NCBI RefSeq assembly: GCF_051903065.1
Contig: NZ_CP178438.1
Length of the DNA stretch: 64,000 bases
Direction: 5' to 3' (one strand)
DNA from: Escherichia coli
GTDB taxonomy: Bacteria; Pseudomonadota; Gammaproteobacteria; Enterobacterales; Enterobacteriaceae
Of the stretch, positions 1-11,618 are shown one piece after another. A program made the translations under genes and the position numbers. Each line of letters starts with the position of its first letter. The stretch's first letter is position 1. Under the pieces are notes generated by a model. It searched no databases. It was not told the origin of the DNA and saw only the letters and a program-made list of their open reading frames with translations.

Positions 1-9
1 GGAACAGCG

Positions 10-687
10 ATGCAGGAAAATAGTCCTTTGCTTCAGCTACAAAACGTAGGATATCTGGCGGGTGATGCGAAGATTCTTAATAACATCAATTTTTCGCTGC
101 GTGCTGGCGAATTTAAGTTAATTACCGGTCCTTCTGGTTGTGGCAAAAGTACGCTGCTAAAAATAGTTGCTTCATTGATCAGCCCAACCAGCGGAACGTT
201 ACTGTTTGAAGGTGAGGATGTCAGCACACTAAAGCCAGAAATCTACCGCCAACAAGTCTCTTACTGCGCCCAGACACCGACGCTGTTTGGCGATACGGTA
301 TACGATAATCTGATCTTTCCCTGGCAGATCCGTAACCGGCAGCCTGACCCGGCCATTTTTCTCGATTTTCTTGAACGCTTCGCCTTGCCGGACAGCATTT
401 TGACGAAGAATATCGCCGAGCTATCTGGTGGTGAAAAACAACGCATCTCATTGATTCGTAACCTGCAATTTATGCCGAAGGTTTTATTGCTGGATGAAAT
501 CACCAGTGCGCTGGATGAAAGTAATAAACATAACGTTAATGAGATGATCCATCGTTATGTGCGCGAGCAAAATATTGCCGTGCTGTGGGTGACACACGAT
601 AAAGACGAAATTAATCATGCGGATAAAGTGATTACACTGCAACCGCATGCCGGAGAAATGCAGGAAGCACGCTATGAACTCGCATAA
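10..687 (+). CDS. fetA: ABC transporter ATP-binding protein (iron export FetA/YbbL)
   Basis: 225-aa ORF; Walker A GPSGCGKST and ABC signature LSGGEKQR; synteny upstream of fetB. Confidence 0.9.
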   Translation: MQENSPLLQLQNVGYLAGDAKILNNINFSLRAGEFKLITGPSGCGKSTLLKIVASLISPTSGTLLFEGEDVSTLKPEIYRQQVSYCAQTPTLFGDTVYDNLIFPWQIRNRQPDPAIFLDFLERFALPDSILTKNIAELSGGEKQRISLIRNLQFMPKVLLLDEITSALDESNKHNVNEMIHRYVREQNIAVLWVTHDKDEINHADKVITLQPHAGEMQEARYELA

Positions 688-1453
688 TATTACTAACGAA
701 TCATTAGCACTGGCATTAATGCTGGTGGTGGTGGCAATCTTAATTAGCCATAAAGAAAAACTGGCGCTGGAGAAAGATATTCTCTGGAGCGTTGGGCGCG
801 CGATAATTCAGCTGATTATTGTCGGCTATGTGCTGAAGTATATTTTCAGCGTGGATGATGCCAGCCTGACATTATTGATGGTGTTATTTATCTGCTTTAA
901 TGCGGCGTGGAACGCGCAAAAACGCAGTAAATATATTGCTAAAGCTTTTATCTCATCGTTTATTGCCATTACGGTCGGGGCGGGAATTACCCTGGCGGTG
1001 CTGATTCTCTCAGGGTCGATTGAATTTATCCCGATGCAGGTGATCCCTATCGCCGGGATGATTGCCGGTAACGCCATGGTAGCGGTGGGGTTGTGTTACA
1101 ACAATTTAGGGCAACGGGTCATTAGCGAACAGCAACAGATTCAGGAGAAACTGAGTCTTGGCGCGACGCCGAAGCAGGCTTCAGCGATATTGATTCGCGA
1201 CAGTATTCGCGCGGCTTTAATTCCGACGGTCGATTCAGCAAAAACGGTTGGCTTAGTGAGTTTACCAGGAATGATGTCCGGGCTGATATTTGCCGGGATT
1301 GATCCGGTGAAGGCGATTAAATATCAGATTATGGTGACCTTTATGCTGCTCTCAACCGCCAGCTTGTCGACCATTATTGCCTGCTATTTAACCTATCGTA
1401 AGTTTTATAATTCGCGCCACCAGTTGGTGGTGACGCAATTGAAGAAGAAATGA
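674..1453 (+). CDS. fetB: Iron export permease FetB/YbbM (UPF0014 membrane protein)
   Basis: Hydrophobic multi-TM ORF; track ORF starts 647 but the internal ATG at 674 (MNSHNITNESL) gives the 259-aa K-12 length and overlaps the fetA stop. Confidence 0.85.
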   Translation: MNSHNITNESLALALMLVVVAILISHKEKLALEKDILWSVGRAIIQLIIVGYVLKYIFSVDDASLTLLMVLFICFNAAWNAQKRSKYIAKAFISSFIAITVGAGITLAVLILSGSIEFIPMQVIPIAGMIAGNAMVAVGLCYNNLGQRVISEQQQIQEKLSLGATPKQASAILIRDSIRAALIPTVDSAKTVGLVSLPGMMSGLIFAGIDPVKAIKYQIMVTFMLLSTASLSTIIACYLTYRKFYNSRHQLVVTQLKKK

Positions 1454-1515
1454 TGCGATGCCGGATGCGCAGCATCGCATCCGGCGTTGTGGTTCATGTG
1501 CCGATCAACGGAATA

Positions 1516-2412
<897 letters not shown>

Positions 2413-2430
2413 TTAAGCGCGCGCTTCAAC

Positions 2431-3240
2431 TCACCCCTGCAATATTTTGTCCATCACGCGCCCCGGCAGCAGGCGCTTAAGCACCATTACTGCCCAGGTC
2501 ACCAGCGTTACCGGATAGCGCATCTTCGGCTTCTCGCTAATAAAAGCATGGCGTACTTTGTCCACCACCGCTTCCGGTCCCAACGTAAAGCGGGCGGCGA
2601 TGCCGGGATTTTCGACTGGTTTATCACTTTGCGTCTGGTTGACGTTGTCGGTGAAGCGAGTACGAATGGGACCGGGTTCGATCAGGCTGACTTTAATTCC
2701 GCTGTGGCGTAGCTCCATGCGCAGCGCGTCTGACCACGCCTCCAGCGCATATTTACTGGCCGCGTAAGCGCCACGACCCGGCGTGGAGATTAATCCCATC
2801 ACCGATGATGTCATCACAATACGCCCTTCACCGTGCGGTAACATCGCGGGTAACAGGCGCATGGTGAGCTGGTGTGCGCCGAAAAAGTTGGCGGAAAACT
2901 GCTGTTCCATCTGCGCACGGCTGATGGTGGAAAGGGGGCCATACATGCCGAATCCGGCATTGTTAAAGATCCCATACAGACAATTATCGGTCAGGGCGAT
3001 CACCTCGTCGGCTGCGCGATCAACACTTTCTGGTGAATCCAGATCGATCAACACGCCGGTAAATCCCATGCTGTTCATGCGCTCAACATCATCCGGTTTC
3101 CGGCAACCTGCCAGCACATGAAAACCCTGGCGTTTTAATTCGAGCGCGCTTTCCAGGCCAATTCCACTGGAACATCCGGTAATTAAGACCGATTTTTGCA
3201 TAACTTTACCTGTCAGGATCTCCGTTGCTTTATGAGTCAT
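2431..3240 (-). CDS. ybbO: Short-chain dehydrogenase/reductase YbbO
   Basis: 269-aa ORF with Rossmann motif TGCSSGIG and SDR catalytic YxxxK (YAASK). Confidence 0.9.
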   Translation of the reverse strand: MTHKATEILTGKVMQKSVLITGCSSGIGLESALELKRQGFHVLAGCRKPDDVERMNSMGFTGVLIDLDSPESVDRAADEVIALTDNCLYGIFNNAGFGMYGPLSTISRAQMEQQFSANFFGAHQLTMRLLPAMLPHGEGRIVMTSSVMGLISTPGRGAYAASKYALEAWSDALRMELRHSGIKVSLIEPGPIRTRFTDNVNQTQSDKPVENPGIAARFTLGPEAVVDKVRHAFISEKPKMRYPVTLVTWAVMVLKRLLPGRVMDKILQG

Positions 3241-3856
3241 GATTTACTAAAGGCTGCAACTGCTTCGCCATCCAGTCGGCAATAAACGGCTGGGCGTCGC
3301 GGTTGGGATGAATACCGTCATCCTGCATCCATTGTGGCTTGAGGTAGACCTCTTCCATAAAAAAGGGCAGCAGCGGAACATCAAACTCTTTGGCGAGTTT
3401 GGGGTAAATGGCGCTAAAGGCTTCATTATAACGGCGACCATAGTTTGCAGGCAGACGTATTTGCATTAACAATGGTTCAGCGTTGGCGGCTTTGACATCC
3501 TGCAAAATCTGGCGCAGCGTTTGCTCGGTTTGCTGTGGCTGAAAACCACGCAAACCGTCATTGCCGCCCAGTTCAACCAGCACCCAGCGCGGCTGATGCT
3601 GTTTCAGCAGAGCCGGAAGGCGCGCCAGCCCTTGTTGCGAGGTGTCGCCGCTGATGCTGGCATTAACTACCGACGTTTTACTCTGCCACTTATCATTCAA
3701 CAAGGCAGGCCAGGCCGCGCTGGCAGACATTCGATACCCGGCGCTCAGGCTATCACCCAGAATCAATAACGTGTCCGCTGCGGCGGCACGGAAGGTTAAC
3801 AGGACCAGGAACAGGAAGGGCAAATGCCAGCGGAAAACATTGTTGAAGTTCATCAT
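3230..3856 (-). CDS. tesA: Acyl-CoA thioesterase I / lysophospholipase L1 (SGNH hydrolase)
   Basis: GDSLSAG SGNH motif after a signal peptide; start taken at MMNFNN (208 aa) rather than the track start at 3886. Confidence 0.9.
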   Translation of the reverse strand: MMNFNNVFRWHLPFLFLVLLTFRAAAADTLLILGDSLSAGYRMSASAAWPALLNDKWQSKTSVVNASISGDTSQQGLARLPALLKQHQPRWVLVELGGNDGLRGFQPQQTEQTLRQILQDVKAANAEPLLMQIRLPANYGRRYNEAFSAIYPKLAKEFDVPLLPFFMEEVYLKPQWMQDDGIHPNRDAQPFIADWMAKQLQPLVNHDS

Positions 3857-4510
3857 CTTAAGAAGTCCGTCGGTCAGGGGGAGCATGAACTCTCCATCCT
3901 CACCGGAGTTGAGCTGGTTGTCAAACGTGGCGAGACCATCGCGCTGGTGGGCGAGTCGGGATCGGGTAAGTCAACCTTGCTGGCGATCCTCGCCGGGCTG
4001 GATGACGGCAGCAGTGGCGAAGTGAGTCTGGTGGGACAACCGCTACATAATATGGACGAAGAAGCGCGGGCAAAGTTGCGCGCGAAGCACGTCGGCTTTG
4101 TTTTTCAGTCATTTATGCTAATTCCTACCCTTAACGCGCTGGAAAACGTCGAGCTTCCGGCGCTGCTGCGCGGTGAGAGTAGCGCGGAAAGTCGTAACGG
4201 AGCGAAAGCGTTGCTCGAACAGTTAGGGCTGGGTAAACGTCTGGATCATCTTCCGGCACAGCTTTCCGGCGGTGAACAGCAACGAGTGGCGCTGGCACGA
4301 GCCTTTAACGGTCGACCTGATGTGCTGTTTGCCGACGAACCCACCGGCAACCTTGACCGCCAGACCGGCGATAAAATTGCCGACCTGCTGTTTTCCCTCA
4401 ACCGTGAGCATGGCACCACGTTGATTATGGTGACCCACGACCTGCAACTGGCGGCACGCTGCGACCGCTGCTTACGGCTGGTGAACGGGCAGTTGCAGGA
4501 GGAAGCATGA
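3824..4510 (+). CDS. ybbA: ABC transporter ATP-binding protein YbbA
   Basis: 228-aa ORF; Walker A GESGSGKST, signature LSGGEQQR; stop overlaps ybbP start. Confidence 0.9.
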   Translation: MPAENIVEVHHLKKSVGQGEHELSILTGVELVVKRGETIALVGESGSGKSTLLAILAGLDDGSSGEVSLVGQPLHNMDEEARAKLRAKHVGFVFQSFMLIPTLNALENVELPALLRGESSAESRNGAKALLEQLGLGKRLDHLPAQLSGGEQQRVALARAFNGRPDVLFADEPTGNLDRQTGDKIADLLFSLNREHGTTLIMVTHDLQLAARCDRCLRLVNGQLQEEA

Positions 4511-6921
4511 TTGCACGCTGGTTCTGGCGCGAATGGCGTTCGCCGTCGCTATTAATTGTCTGGCTGGCGCTAAGCCTGGCGGTGGCCTGCGTGCTGGCGC
4601 TGGGCAATATCAGCGATCGCATGGAGAAGGGCTTAAGCCAACAAAGCCGGGAGTTTATGGCGGGCGATCGGGCGTTGCGCAGTTCGCGCGAAGTGCCGCA
4701 AGCATGGCTGGAGGAAGCGCAAAAGCGCGGCCTGAAAGTCGGCAAGCAGCTGACTTTCGCCACCATGACATTTGCAGGCGACACACCGCAGCTGGCGAAC
4801 GTTAAAGCGGTGGATGATATCTACCCGATGTATGGCGATCTGCAAACCAATCCCCCTGGCCTGAAACCGCAGGCGGGCAGCGTATTGCTGGCCCCACGCC
4901 TGATGGCACTGCTTAACCTGAAAACGGGCGACACCATTGACGTGGGCGATGCCACTTTGCGGATTGCCGGAGAAGTGATTCAGGAACCGGATTCCGGTTT
5001 TAACCCCTTCCAGATGGCTCCGCGTCTGATGATGAATCTGGCGGATGTCGATAAAACCGGAGCCGTGCAGCCGGGGAGTCGGGTCACCTGGCGCTATAAA
5101 TTCGGCGGCAGCGAGAACCAGCTCGACAGCTATGAGAAATGGTTGTTACCTCAGCTTAAACCCGAACAACGCTGGTACGGTCTGGAACAGGACGAAGGCG
5201 CGCTGGGGCGATCGATGGAACGCTCGCAACAGTTCCTGCTGCTTTCGGCGCTTCTGACCTTGCTGCTGGCAGTGGCAGCAGTGGCGGTAGCGATGAATCA
5301 TTACTGTCGCAGTCGCTACGATCTGGTGGCGATCCTCAAAACGCTGGGGGCAGGGCGAGCGCAACTGCGTAAGCTAATCGTCGGTCAGTGGTTGATGGTG
5401 CTGACGCTTTCAGCCGTTACCGGTGGGGCGATAGGCCTGTTGTTCGAAAACGTGTTGATGGTGCTGCTCAAGCCCGTTCTGCCTGCTGCACTACCGCCAG
5501 CCAGCCTCTGGCCATGGCTATGGGCGCTGGGCACCATGACGGTCATCTCGCTGCTGGTGGGGCTACGACCATACCGCTTGTTGCTGGCAACGCAGCCTTT
5601 ACGCGTATTACGTAATGATGTGGTAGCGAACGTCTGGCCGCTGAAGTTTTATCTGCCGATTGTCAGTGTGGTGGTTGTGCTGCTGCTCGCCGGATTAATG
5701 GGTGGCAGTATGCTGCTCTGGGCGGTGCTGGCGGGCGCGGTAGTACTGGCTTTGCTGTGCGGTGTGCTGGGCTGGATGCTGCTGAATGTACTTCGCCGCA
5801 TGACGCTGAAATCGCTGCCTCTGCGCCTGGCGGTTAGCCGCCTGTTACGTCAGCCATGGTCAACGTTAAGCCAGCTTTCGGCATTTTCGCTCTCCTTTAT
5901 GCTGCTGGCACTGCTGCTGGTGTTGCGTGGCGATCTGCTCGACCGCTGGCAGCAGCAGCTACCTCCAGAAAGCCCGAACTACTTTTTAATTAACATCGCC
6001 ACAGAACAGGTAGCACCGCTAAAAGCGTTCCTCGCGGAACATCAGATAGTCCCGGAATCGTTTTATCCGGTGGTGCGGGCGAGACTGACGGCGATTAACG
6101 GCAAGCCGACAGAAGGCAATGAAGATGAGGCGCTCAATCGCGAACTCAATCTTACCTGGCAAAATACGCGGCCCGATCATAATCCGATTGTCGCCGGTAA
6201 CTGGCCGCCAAAAGCCGATGAAGTGTCGATGGAAGAGGGGCTGGCGAAACGCTTAAACGTTGCCCTCGGTGATACCGTGACTTTTATGGGCGATACCCAG
6301 GAGTTCCGCGCTAAAGTGACCAGCCTGCGCAAAGTGGACTGGGAAAGTCTGCGGCCTAATTTCTATTTTATTTTCCCTGAAGGGGCATTAGACGGGCAAC
6401 CGCAGAGCTGGCTTACCAGTTTCCGCTGGGAGAATGGCAACGGCATGTTGACGCAACTCAACCGCCAGTTCCCTACCATTAGCCTGTTAGACATTGGCGC
6501 GATTTTAAAACAGGTCGGTCAGGTGCTGGAGCAGGTAAGTCGGGCGCTGGAGGTGATGGTGGTGCTGGTCACCGCCTGCGGTATGTTGCTGTTGCTGGCA
6601 CAGGTGCAGGTGGGAATGCGTCAGCGTCATCAGGAGCTGGTGGTGTGGCGCACACTCGGTGCGGGGAAAAAACTGCTGCGTACCACGTTGTGGTGTGAGT
6701 TCGCCATGCTTGGGTTTGTTTCCGGCCTGGTGGCCGCAATTGGTGCGGAAACGGCACTGGCAGTGTTGCAGGCGAAAGTGTTTGATTTTCCGTGGGAGCC
6801 AGACTGGCGATTGTGGATTGTTCTGCCGTGCAGCGGTGCGCTGCTGCTGTCGCTTTTCGGCAGCTGGCTGGGTGCGCGACTGGTTAAGGGTAAGGCGCTG
6901 TTCAGGCAGTTTGCGGGGTGA
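4507..6921 (+). CDS. ybbP: ABC transporter permease YbbP (FtsX/MacB-like)
   Basis: 804-aa ORF with duplicated multi-TM permease halves; coupled to ybbA. Confidence 0.9.
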   Translation: MIARWFWREWRSPSLLIVWLALSLAVACVLALGNISDRMEKGLSQQSREFMAGDRALRSSREVPQAWLEEAQKRGLKVGKQLTFATMTFAGDTPQLANVKAVDDIYPMYGDLQTNPPGLKPQAGSVLLAPRLMALLNLKTGDTIDVGDATLRIAGEVIQEPDSGFNPFQMAPRLMMNLADVDKTGAVQPGSRVTWRYKFGGSENQLDSYEKWLLPQLKPEQRWYGLEQDEGALGRSMERSQQFLLLSALLTLLLAVAAVAVAMNHYCRSRYDLVAILKTLGAGRAQLRKLIVGQWLMVLTLSAVTGGAIGLLFENVLMVLLKPVLPAALPPASLWPWLWALGTMTVISLLVGLRPYRLLLATQPLRVLRNDVVANVWPLKFYLPIVSVVVVLLLAGLMGGSMLLWAVLAGAVVLALLCGVLGWMLLNVLRRMTLKSLPLRLAVSRLLRQPWSTLSQLSAFSLSFMLLALLLVLRGDLLDRWQQQLPPESPNYFLINIATEQVAPLKAFLAEHQIVPESFYPVVRARLTAINGKPTEGNEDEALNRELNLTWQNTRPDHNPIVAGNWPPKADEVSMEEGLAKRLNVALGDTVTFMGDTQEFRAKVTSLRKVDWESLRPNFYFIFPEGALDGQPQSWLTSFRWENGNGMLTQLNRQFPTISLLDIGAILKQVGQVLEQVSRALEVMVVLVTACGMLLLLAQVQVGMRQRHQELVVWRTLGAGKKLLRTTLWCEFAMLGFVSGLVAAIGAETALAVLQAKVFDFPWEPDWRLWIVLPCSGALLLSLFGSWLGARLVKGKALFRQFAG

Positions 6922-6929
6922 TGACAGGT

Positions 6930-7250
<321 letters not shown>

Positions 7251-7339
7251 TTTTGGCAATAAATATGAAACCAACTGTCATGTCGGTTTTTTTAAAGGCC
7301 GAAGGTGGTAAACCTTCGGCCTTAGCGACGTTTCCTCAG

Positions 7340-7423
7340 TTATTCAATAAACTGACGGATCAGTTCCAGCAGCGCGATTAGCGCCTTAAGAACGATGAGA
7401 ACTTTATCGAGAAAAGTTTTCAT
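7340..7423 (-). CDS. Candidate type I toxin: 27-aa hydrophobic peptide MKTFLDKVLIVLKALIALLELIRQFIE (DinQ/TisB-like)
   Basis: Not in the ORF track (too short); hand-translated. Strong SD AAGGGAG 6 nt upstream of ATG; single predicted TM helix; an in-frame upstream ATG at 7495 would give 51 aa but lacks an SD. Confidence 0.5.
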   Translation of the reverse strand: MKTFLDKVLIVLKALIALLELIRQFIE

Positions 7424-7648
7424 CCGTTGCTCCCTTAAGGGAGAAAGACAATCACAGCTTACCCTTACGTTGCCTGTAACTATGATTTTCTTCATGTGCT
7501 AGATGAGGACTGCCTCTCTCCAAATTAGAGCACCAGAATCAGCACCACCTGTATCCTGACCAGGACTTAAAAGTACTTTTCCGCACTGCGGTAATCCCTT
7601 GAGGCAGTATCACTACTAGCGTCGGGATTGTATCGCCAACATAGCTGT

Positions 7649-7677
7649 TTGAATATGTAGGCATCCTGACTTATAAT
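7649..7677 (+). promoter_or_regulatory. Near-consensus sigma70 promoter (TTGAAT - 17 bp - TATAAT) for the candidate antitoxin sRNA
   Basis: -35 TTGAAT 7649-7654, -10 TATAAT 7672-7677, predicted TSS about 7684. Confidence 0.5.
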
Positions 7678-7683
7678 TCACTT

Positions 7684-7772
7684 GCTAGATGAGGACTGTT
7701 TCATTTCTGCCCGGAACCACCAAGTCTTGGGCGGAAAAAATAAAAAAACCGACTGTCATGTCGGTTTTTTTA
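7684..7772 (+). ncRNA. Candidate trans-encoded antitoxin sRNA (about 90 nt)
   Basis: Runs from the promoter above to the hairpin plus T-run terminator at 7749-7771; its 5' end (7683-7698 TGCTAGATGAGGACTG) is the exact complement of the toxin transcript region at 7497-7512. Confidence 0.4.
7735..7771. terminator. Bidirectional Rho-independent terminator (A-run, CCGAC-TGTCAT-GTCGG hairpin, T-run)
   Basis: Would terminate selU on the minus strand and the candidate sRNA on the plus strand; a degenerate copy lies at 7267-7293. Confidence 0.6.
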
Positions 7773-7834
7773 TATCTGTATTCTGGTGCAACCATTCTGT
7801 TCTCACGACAATCGCCGTTTCAGAATACCGCCCA

Positions 7835-8944
<1,110 letters not shown>

Positions 8945-8997
8945 TCAAATCAGCTTGCGCGCTATTTTACGCGCCAACGCGCAAGGAAACTTGATTT

Positions 8998-9924
8998 TTA
9001 ACTGCGTGGGTTGCCGAAAATTTCTAAAAATCCGCTGATTTCCGGCCTGCGCTGGGTAAACAAGGTCACAATATCTTCTACCGCTTTGCCGCTGCCAAAT
9101 TTGCGCCATGCCAGACTCAATGGCGAAGGAGGGCGCATCGTTGGGATTACCCGGCTGACCAGTTGTTGATTATCGATCATTGACTGGCAAAGCGATTTTG
9201 GCAAAAAACCAATGCCAACGCCCGCCAGATGGGCGGCGATTTTCGTTTCCATATCAGGAACAATAATCTCTTTTTGCCCTGGCAATCGCCAGGCGACGCG
9301 TTTGGTTAAGGTGCGGGCGCTGTCTTCAATATTGACCGCCGGAAAGCGCCGCAACTGCGCTTCTGTTAGCGGCTCTTCAACGTTCGCCAGCGGATGATCC
9401 GCCGCCATGACAAATCGCCATTGCACCGATCCTAAGGGATCAAGACTAAAGGTATTTGCCAGCGCCTCAGTTCCCGTGACGCCGATAGCCAGCGAAAAAC
9501 CTTCGTACAATAGCGAGTCCCAGACGCCCATATAGATTTGTCGGGAGATGTGAAACTGGGTAAAGGGGTAACGCTCATTCAGCCACGCCAGCAACTGGGC
9601 GACGGCCTGGGGGGTGTAGAGCAGGTTGTTGATGACAATATTCACCTGGCGTTCCACGCCATCATTCACCTGTTGCAGCTCGCTTGGCATACTTTCCAGC
9701 CAGCTCAGCCAGTCTCTGGCCTGGGAAAGTAGATGCTCGCCAGCCGCTGTCAACGTCACGCTGCGAGTCGTGCGAAAAAACAGCGCCACTCCGGTATTCT
9801 CTTCCAGAAGTTTAATGCGATAACTGATCGTCGCCGTGGTTTTACATAATCGTTCTGCCGCTTTTGAAAAACTTCCTGTTTCAGCAACCGCAATGAAAGT
9901 CCGCAAGGTTTCTGGATCGAACAT
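8998..9924 (-). CDS. allS: LysR-family activator of allantoin genes
   Basis: 308-aa ORF with N-terminal LysR helix-turn-helix; divergent from allA. Confidence 0.9.
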   Translation of the reverse strand: MFDPETLRTFIAVAETGSFSKAAERLCKTTATISYRIKLLEENTGVALFFRTTRSVTLTAAGEHLLSQARDWLSWLESMPSELQQVNDGVERQVNIVINNLLYTPQAVAQLLAWLNERYPFTQFHISRQIYMGVWDSLLYEGFSLAIGVTGTEALANTFSLDPLGSVQWRFVMAADHPLANVEEPLTEAQLRRFPAVNIEDSARTLTKRVAWRLPGQKEIIVPDMETKIAAHLAGVGIGFLPKSLCQSMIDNQQLVSRVIPTMRPPSPLSLAWRKFGSGKAVEDIVTLFTQRRPEISGFLEIFGNPRS

Positions 9925-10031
9925 CTTCAGGTATCCCCTTTTAAATCCGCAAGTTGCGTGATTTTCTTATCCTCTGATTTATCAGTATTTTTACATGATA
10001 ACCCTGTTCAATTTGTGGACTAAATCTAGTT

Positions 10032-10048
10032 TTGGAAAAATATTCCAA
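10032..10048. promoter_or_regulatory. Probable AllR operator (palindrome TTGGAA-AAATA-TTCCAA) in the allS-allA divergent region
   Basis: Perfect inverted repeat; near-identical copy upstream of gcl. Confidence 0.55.
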
Positions 10049-10153
10049 CTTTTGTGTTGATGTTGTTCTCTTAAGGTTTTAGATTGCCTGTTATTGAAAC
10101 CAAGCTGACCGGTCGGCGGTGGTTGAACGGAATTATGTTACAAGGACAAAAAG

Positions 10154-10636
10154 ATGAAACTTCAGGTATTACCGTTAAGTCAGGAAGCCTTTAGTGCTTA
10201 TGGCGACGTAATCGAAACGCAGCAACGGGATTTTTTCCATATTAACAATGGCCTGGTGGAGCGTTACCACGATTTGGCGCTGGTTGAGATTCTTGAGCAA
10301 GACCGTACGCTTATCAGCATTAACCGCGCGCAACCGGCGAATCTGCCGCTGACCATTCACGAACTCGAGCGTCATCCGCTGGGTACTCAGGCCTTTATCC
10401 CGATGAAAGGTGAGGTGTTTGTGGTGGTCGTGGCGTTAGGTGACGACAAACCAGACCTGTCAACCCTGCGGGCGTTTATTACCAACGGCGAACAGGGAGT
10501 GAATTACCATCGTAACGTCTGGCATCACCCACTTTTCGCCTGGCAGCGCGTCACCGATTTTCTGACCATCGATCGCGGCGGCAGTGACAACTGTGATGTT
10601 GAAAGTATTCCTGAACAGGAACTCTGTTTTGCGTGA
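10154..10636 (+). CDS. allA: Ureidoglycolate lyase
   Basis: 160-aa ORF at the conserved position in the allantoin cluster. Confidence 0.9.
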
Positions 10637-10713
10637 CGCCTGCAACCGACTTGCATAAGATAAACTAATTGTTCATTGTTTATGCTCACTTGTAGGTCGG
10701 AGTTAACGTAGGT

Positions 10714-11529
10714 ATGACGGAAGTTAGACGGCGCGGCAGGCCAGGACAGGCGGAGCCTGTGGCACAGAAGGGCGCACAGGCATTAGAGCGGGGAATTGCG
10801 ATTCTGCAATATCTGGAAAAAAGTGGGGGAAGTTCGTCGGTTAGCGATATTTCTCTCAATCTGGATTTGCCGCTCTCCACGACCTTTCGCTTGCTGAAGG
10901 TTTTACAGGCAGCGGATTTTGTCTATCAGGACAGTCAGTTAGGCTGGTGGCATATAGGATTAGGTGTCTTTAACGTCGGTGCAGCGTACATCCATAACCG
11001 CGATGTCCTCTCCGTCGCCGGGCCGTTTATGCGCCGCCTGATGTTACTTTCTGGCGAAACGGTCAATGTCGCGATCCGTAACGGCAATGAAGCGGTATTA
11101 ATTGGTCAGTTAGAGTGTAAATCGATGGTCAGGATGTGTGCGCCACTGGGCAGTCGTCTGCCACTGCATGCTTCCGGTGCGGGCAAAGCGCTGCTTTATC
11201 CGCTGGCGGAAGAGGAGTTGATGAGCATCATTCTGCAAACCGGTTTGCAGCAGTTTACGCCAACTACGCTTGTGGATATGCCCACCCTGCTGAAGGACCT
11301 GGAACAAGCGCGTGAACTGGGCTATACCGTAGATAAAGAAGAGCATGTTGTAGGTCTGAATTGCATAGCTTCAGCAATTTACGATGATGTGGGTAGTGTT
11401 GTTGCCGCTATCTCCATCTCCGGGCCTTCATCAAGACTGACAGAAGATCGTTTTGTCAGTCAGGGTGAGCTGGTCAGAGACACCGCCCGCGATATCAGCA
11501 CGGCGTTGGGACTGAAAGCACATCCATAA
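10714..11529 (+). CDS. allR: IclR-family repressor of the allantoin regulon
   Basis: 271-aa ORF with IclR-type helix-turn-helix and effector domain. Confidence 0.9.
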
Positions 11530-11540
11530 TGTCTATCGCA

Positions 11541-11566
11541 TCCCGCTCTGCGGAGCGGGTTTTTTT
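11541..11566 (+). terminator. Rho-independent terminator after allR
   Basis: CCCGCTC-TGCG-GAGCGGG hairpin followed by TTTTTTT. Confidence 0.7.
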
Positions 11567-11581
11567 GACAAAATTTGAAAG

Positions 11582-11598
11582 TTGGAAAATTTTTCCAA
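11582..11598. promoter_or_regulatory. Probable AllR operator in the gcl promoter (TTGGAAAATTTTTCCAA)
   Basis: Perfect palindrome just downstream of a TTGACA -35-like hexamer, upstream of the gcl SD. Confidence 0.55.
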
Positions 11599-11618
11599 TT
11601 AATGGAGGTAGGAATAAA

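Noticed and set aside
7424-7495. In-frame upstream ATG extending the small ORF to 51 aa
   Set aside because: No Shine-Dalgarno before the upstream ATG, whereas the 27-codon start has AAGGGAG at ideal spacing; the extension is also not hydrophobic. Kept as a possibility only.
7545-7560. Possible LexA box (CTGTATCCTGACCAG) upstream of the candidate toxin, as in tisB/dinQ
   Set aside because: Spacing is CTG-N9-CAG rather than CTG-N10-CAG and the centre is not AT-rich, so SOS control is not supported.
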